In this document: piece by piece, positions 58,901 to 64,000 of the stretch
Position numbering within the stretch: the stretch's first letter is position 1
How the letters are laid out: each line of letters starts with the position of its first letter
From: the human T2T-CHM13v2.0 reference genome, Homo sapiens
DNA length: 64,000 nucleotides
Reading direction: 5' to 3' (one strand)
NCBI RefSeq assembly: GCF_009914755.1
Contig: NC_060931.1
Translations under genes and position numbers: made by a program
Notes under the pieces: generated by a model
The model's database searches: none
Seen by the model: only the letters and a program-made list of their open reading frames with translations
Told to the model about the DNA's origin: nothing

Positions 58901-59498
58901 GTGTATGTGTCTATTTTTTAAGGTACAAAATAATAATAATAATTATAATTATAATAATAAAAATAGCTATTTTGTGTGCTGTAGCAGTTCTTTTATAGCT
59001 CACATTAAGTGCAGCTCTTAAACCCCACCCCCACCCCCAACCAAAGAAAATACTTGTTAAATAAGGATTAGACAGGTCAAACACCATTGTAGTGCAAATA
59101 GTAAACGATTAAAAAAAAAACAACAACAACATTTACAAAATATAGAAATGTTTGGATCCAACAGATGGACAAACATATTCCTTTCAAGTATCTCTCCTTG
59201 AAGAAAATAAAAATTAATCAGATTACTTCCAATACAAAAAAGTCTCTCTTTTTGTTCTCTCTCAGGTAAACAGTTTCAAACCTATTAGGTTGCATAGTTC
59301 TAAGATCATAAGCACCTTAACGAAATGTAACTTGGTATTCTTTTTTCCTTGATCTTTCATTCTTTCCATACTTGTTCTCAATTTTTTAATGTTGTTTGTT
59401 TTGTTTTGTTGCAAAAGTGGTACAGAAAAAGGAAGTGTGACCACCTGCACACGATTGTTCTTTTACCAGTATGTGTATATATGTAATGTGTGGAAATG

Positions 59499-59500
<2 letters not shown>

Positions 59501-59535
<35 letters not shown>
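59501..59535. repeat. (TG)17 microsatellite; (CA)17 in the INHBA 3' UTR
   Basis: Read directly. Confidence 0.97.
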
Positions 59536-59538
<3 letters not shown>

Positions 59539-60047
59539 CTGATATACACAGAGATAAGTGTCACACAGACATACCTTATGACCTGGGTAATTGGGTAGGA
59601 AAGTGCCTGTGATGGGCCCTTTCAAACTCATGGCTTTCTAGATGCTATTTGGGTTGTTCTAGTCCACACTACTGCAGACTAGATTGGTTGATTCAAGGCT
59701 CACAAGGGAACCTCAAGGGGGGAAAGGACAATACCCCGTTTAAACAACTGATGTCATCAGTGTGATTTCAGAAGAAATAAAGGGTACACCATTCTCCCTT
59801 TCCCTCCCAATTCCTGTCTCTTTCACTGCTTCATCTCTGAGCCCTGGCTAAGGATTTTTTCCACATCTTCCTTCATCTGTTTCATCAGGTTTTGTTTTTA
59901 ATTTACTTTTGTTTTTTTTTGTTTTTTTTTTTGTTTTGTTTTTAATTTCTATTTTTCTGGTTAACTCAGAAACCTTAAAAATTTCTTCATTTTGCCACTG
60001 TCTTCTCTGGACAACTCTTGCTCCCTTTCCCCCTGGGCTGGGCAACT

Positions 60048-61013
<966 letters not shown>

Positions 61014-61052
61014 TCAGGCAAGCAGGAGTCTTCTGTGACAGACCCTCTTGAA

Positions 61053-61369
61053 TAGGGGTCAACAAATGACAGCCCATGGGCTGAAACTGTTTCTGTACTG
61101 CCTGCAAACTAAGAATGGCTTTTATACTTTTAAGTGGTTAAAGAAAAGTGATATTTTGTGACATGTGAAAATTACCTGAAATTTAAACATTAGTGCCTGT
61201 AAATAAAGTTTTGTTGGAGCATGGTTATGCTCATTTCTGTACATGCTGCCTATGGCTGTTTTTGCACTATAATAACCAAGGACTGCGTAGCTGCAACAGA
61301 CTGCCTGGCTCACAAAGCCTAAATTATTTACTCTCTGGCCCTTTATAGAAAAAAGGTTTTGGACCCTTG
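61053..61369 (+). mobile_element. MER58B hAT-Charlie fossil (intronic)
   Basis: taggggtcaacaaa...gtaaataaagttttgttgga...atttactctctggccctttatagaaaaa...gacccttg; degenerate 8-bp TSD ctcttgaa/ctttagaa. Confidence 0.85.
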
Positions 61370-61404
61370 CTTTAGAATGAAGAGGGCCTGCGAGTCTGTG
61401 TCTG

Positions 61405-61560
61405 TTGACTAATTGCTCAACCTCAGTTTCATCTTCTATAAAAATGGGAATGACATAAGGACATTTGACCTGTTATCTCACAGGTTTAGGAAGGTCAAAT
61501 GAGATAACATAAACAAAAAGACACTGTAAGCTCTAGAAAGCTAAGGAAATACTATTCTCA
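61405..61560 (+). mobile_element. MIR (intronic)
   Basis: cctcagtttcatcttctataaaaatgggaat...tcaaatgagataaca. Confidence 0.7.
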
Positions 61561-61639
61561 GACAAAAATGCAGCCCCTGGCCCCACCTCGCTGTGTAAGT
61601 CTGTGCAGTCGAGACACACTTGAGCCAGCCTCTTCTTCC

Positions 61640-62220
61640 CTTGTCACAGCCTGATTCCTCCGCCATCACCTCTTTGCTGGGTCACTGCAGCAGCATTTTC
61701 TTTACTTTGCCTCTGCAACACTAAGGAAGGGCTCCTCTCCAGTCATTTCTCCATGAAGCAGCTAAAGGCATCTTTCCCACAGGTGGATCTGATCACATCA
61801 CTTCTTCTTGAAAGTCCTTTACTGAATTCCTATTGCTCAGTATCCAACAGAACGTGGCTGGGACTTTGGGCTCTGTACATGCTGTTCCTCCCTTGAATGT
61901 CAGCTCTTGCCCAGTCCTGTTCTCTGGGGTCTAAGGCCTTGAGAATTCCACCCCCTTTCTCAACTGCAGGCAGTGACACCTGCTGTTCCTTCTGCCTTAA
62001 GTGCTCCTGCCCCAACTCCAACATACCACCCTTAGTGCTGCCTTTAATAATGTTTCAATTTTCAGATTGTTTGGATGACAGTTCCTCTAGGAGGCTTACC
62101 TCACATCACCTCCACCACCACCCTCCTGCCAGCCTGGTTTAGAATGCCCGGGGTCTAAGGTCACTATCATAGTCTAGTGTTTAGCAGAAAGTAGCCAATG
62201 ACTTGATTACTTATTAACAA
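61640..62220 (+). mobile_element. L2 remnant (intronic)
   Basis: atctgatcacatcacttcttcttgaaagtcctt; catgctgttcctcccttgaatg. Confidence 0.5.
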
Positions 62221-64000
62221 ATAGAGGCGTCCTTAGCATTGAGTTCTATTAAATTAAGAGAGCCACCTAGTACCTCTGAATCCCCCATTTTTGCCTCTGA
62301 CCCATTACAGGGCAGATTAATGGGCACCAGAAACATATGTCAAATAGCAATCGCTGCTAATGGACAGGAAATCCCCACATTGTCAGGGCAGTTGAATTTA
62401 GCAACCACTCAGTTCCAGCCTAACTCTAAAATTAGAAAGTCACCTATTTCCTTCTCTTTTCCTAAGCAACTGTATGTTTAATGACACAGCAACAATTACT
62501 ATGAAAGCAGGTATCCAAACTAAAATTTTTTGATTAATCAAATATTTTCCCTCACTTCCATTTTTCCCACTTGGTGGCATATAGAAACATATCCTCTTTT
62601 CCATGACCGTGGACCTCCTTACAACTGTCTGCTGTACATGTATCCCATGCACAAATCTGGGAACAATCTTCAAGAAGTTCATCTTAGAACTTGCAACTCC
62701 CTGGGAGGATCTCCCTGCCTGGATTTCTATAGTTAACGGAAATCCAGCCATACTTATCACTCGAGGCCCTGAGATGTTTACGGTACTATAAATTTTAGGC
62801 ACAGTTTCAAGTTCTCTGCAGCAGAAGGCAGGCTTTTCTGTGCATTGCGTACTGTGGATTCTGTTCTTAATTTAACACACTCTGCACACTGTGATTATGA
62901 TAGTGGTAAATTCACTGAGGCAAGGGCCAAGCAGGGCTGCAGATGGATAGGAAAGGTTCTCTGGCATCTTTCTATAAACTTACGAGGATGCTGGCCATGA
63001 TGATGGTGGCGGTGGTAAGGGGAGTTCCTCTGACTCCGACCTCATGTCTTTGGCAGGAGTTGAAATGAATAATAAAGCTGGGTTTATGATTAGATAGAAT
63101 ACCAGAGCAGAGAGAGCAGTTAGAGGGAGAAGCTGTCTTATTTTAGGAAGCATGATGACTTATTTTTTCAAAATCTGAATTCGATATTCCCCTTTGCTAA
63201 GAATTGGTGTGGGTTTTGTTGTTGTTGTTTGTTTCTTAACAAAATAAAAGAGAAGAAGATTCCCATAAGCAGAGCTTAATCATTTAAATCTAAAAAGGCA
63301 ATCAGCAGTTGATTTTAGGGTGGCAGGGTCCTGCCAAGGCCTTAGGAGAAGGCCGAGGGAAACCTCCCAAGCCTTGGATAACTAGCCTGGAGGGTGTGCA
63401 GGTTTCCTCCAGCTTGGGCACATCTGCCTTGCCCCATAGAGAATGTTAACAAGATACCTGCTGTTTTCCCTTCTGCCTCTATGCAGGACAGCTTCTGAAA
63501 TCCTAAACTGCACAGGGTGTCACTCCAAAAACAGACAGATAGTAGCTGCTAAATTAGAGAACCCAGAGGGCACAAGGTTGGGTTTTGTTTTTCTAGGAAA
63601 GAGTGTAAAACTGGAGTGTCTGACTAGTGCCCCGGATAGGGAGGCTTAATAGGTTTGGGGTAACTCATCCCCATGAGCTCTGCTCTACTCTCATCCACAC
63701 CTGCCAGAAGGGGTCAGGGTGAAGCCGATGGACAGCAGTGCTGACCCGCATGCAGTGGACTTTCCATGAATAACACCCAAGGCTGACTACAGATGTTTAG
63801 GTGGGGGTGCCGAGGGAGGGTTACTTGGCTGACTAGAATTAGGGACAGCCGTGTGCAAATTGCTTTTTTAGGGCCAGAGAGGCTGAGGCTGCTGGCTTCC
63901 AGTCACACAGCCTACAGGACAGCCCCTGATTTCACAAGAGCAGGTTTCTGATGCATGATCTAGCCCCACCCCTTCTTCACAGGCAGCTGTACTTGGAAGC

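Larger units (their letters stand above)
55512..60047 (-). other. INHBA: INHBA long 3' UTR (~4.5 kb; 3' end approximate)
   Basis: AU-rich stretch with no recognisable transposon between the stop codon and a complete poly(A) signal; long INHBA mRNAs are known. Confidence 0.8.

Noticed and set aside
59023-59038. RNA G-quadruplex in the 3' UTR (G5-U-G5-U-G4)
   Set aside because: Only three long G-runs; not a canonical four-run motif.
62262-62273. CTCF-like gccacctagtac
   Set aside because: Lacks the terminal GG of the core; weak match.

Overview
Primate (human-like, Alu-rich) genomic DNA. The right end holds the 3' part of INHBA (inhibin/activin beta-A) on the minus strand: the last intron (60941 to window end), the terminal coding exon (60940 to stop at 60048, encoding the rest of the prodomain, an RRRRR furin site and the 116-aa mature cystine-knot domain), and a ~4.5 kb 3' UTR without recognisable transposons that ends at an AATAAA near 55531. 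The remaining ~55 kb is gene-free downstream sequence with Alu, L1, L2 and MIR elements, solo LTRs (MLT1, MLT2A, LTR8, MER41, MER57) and DNA-transposon fossils (MER6, MER20, MER47, MER58, MER63, Charlie1, MADE1), many nested and with readable target-site duplications (TSDs). No other protein-coding gene, RNA gene or CRISPR array is supported. The most unusual structure is a ~175-bp, ~89%-identical inverted duplication of apparently unique sequence (36264-36437 and 37883-38057) beside a strong G-quadruplex tract. Also notable are a palindromic cluster of five SMAD-box cores, a complex AT-rich duplication, and three INHBA-sense ERV1 LTRs that keep their poly(A) signals. I cannot demonstrate a new biological system; these are hypotheses. 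Repeat subfamily names come from recalled consensus sequences and were not checked against a database.
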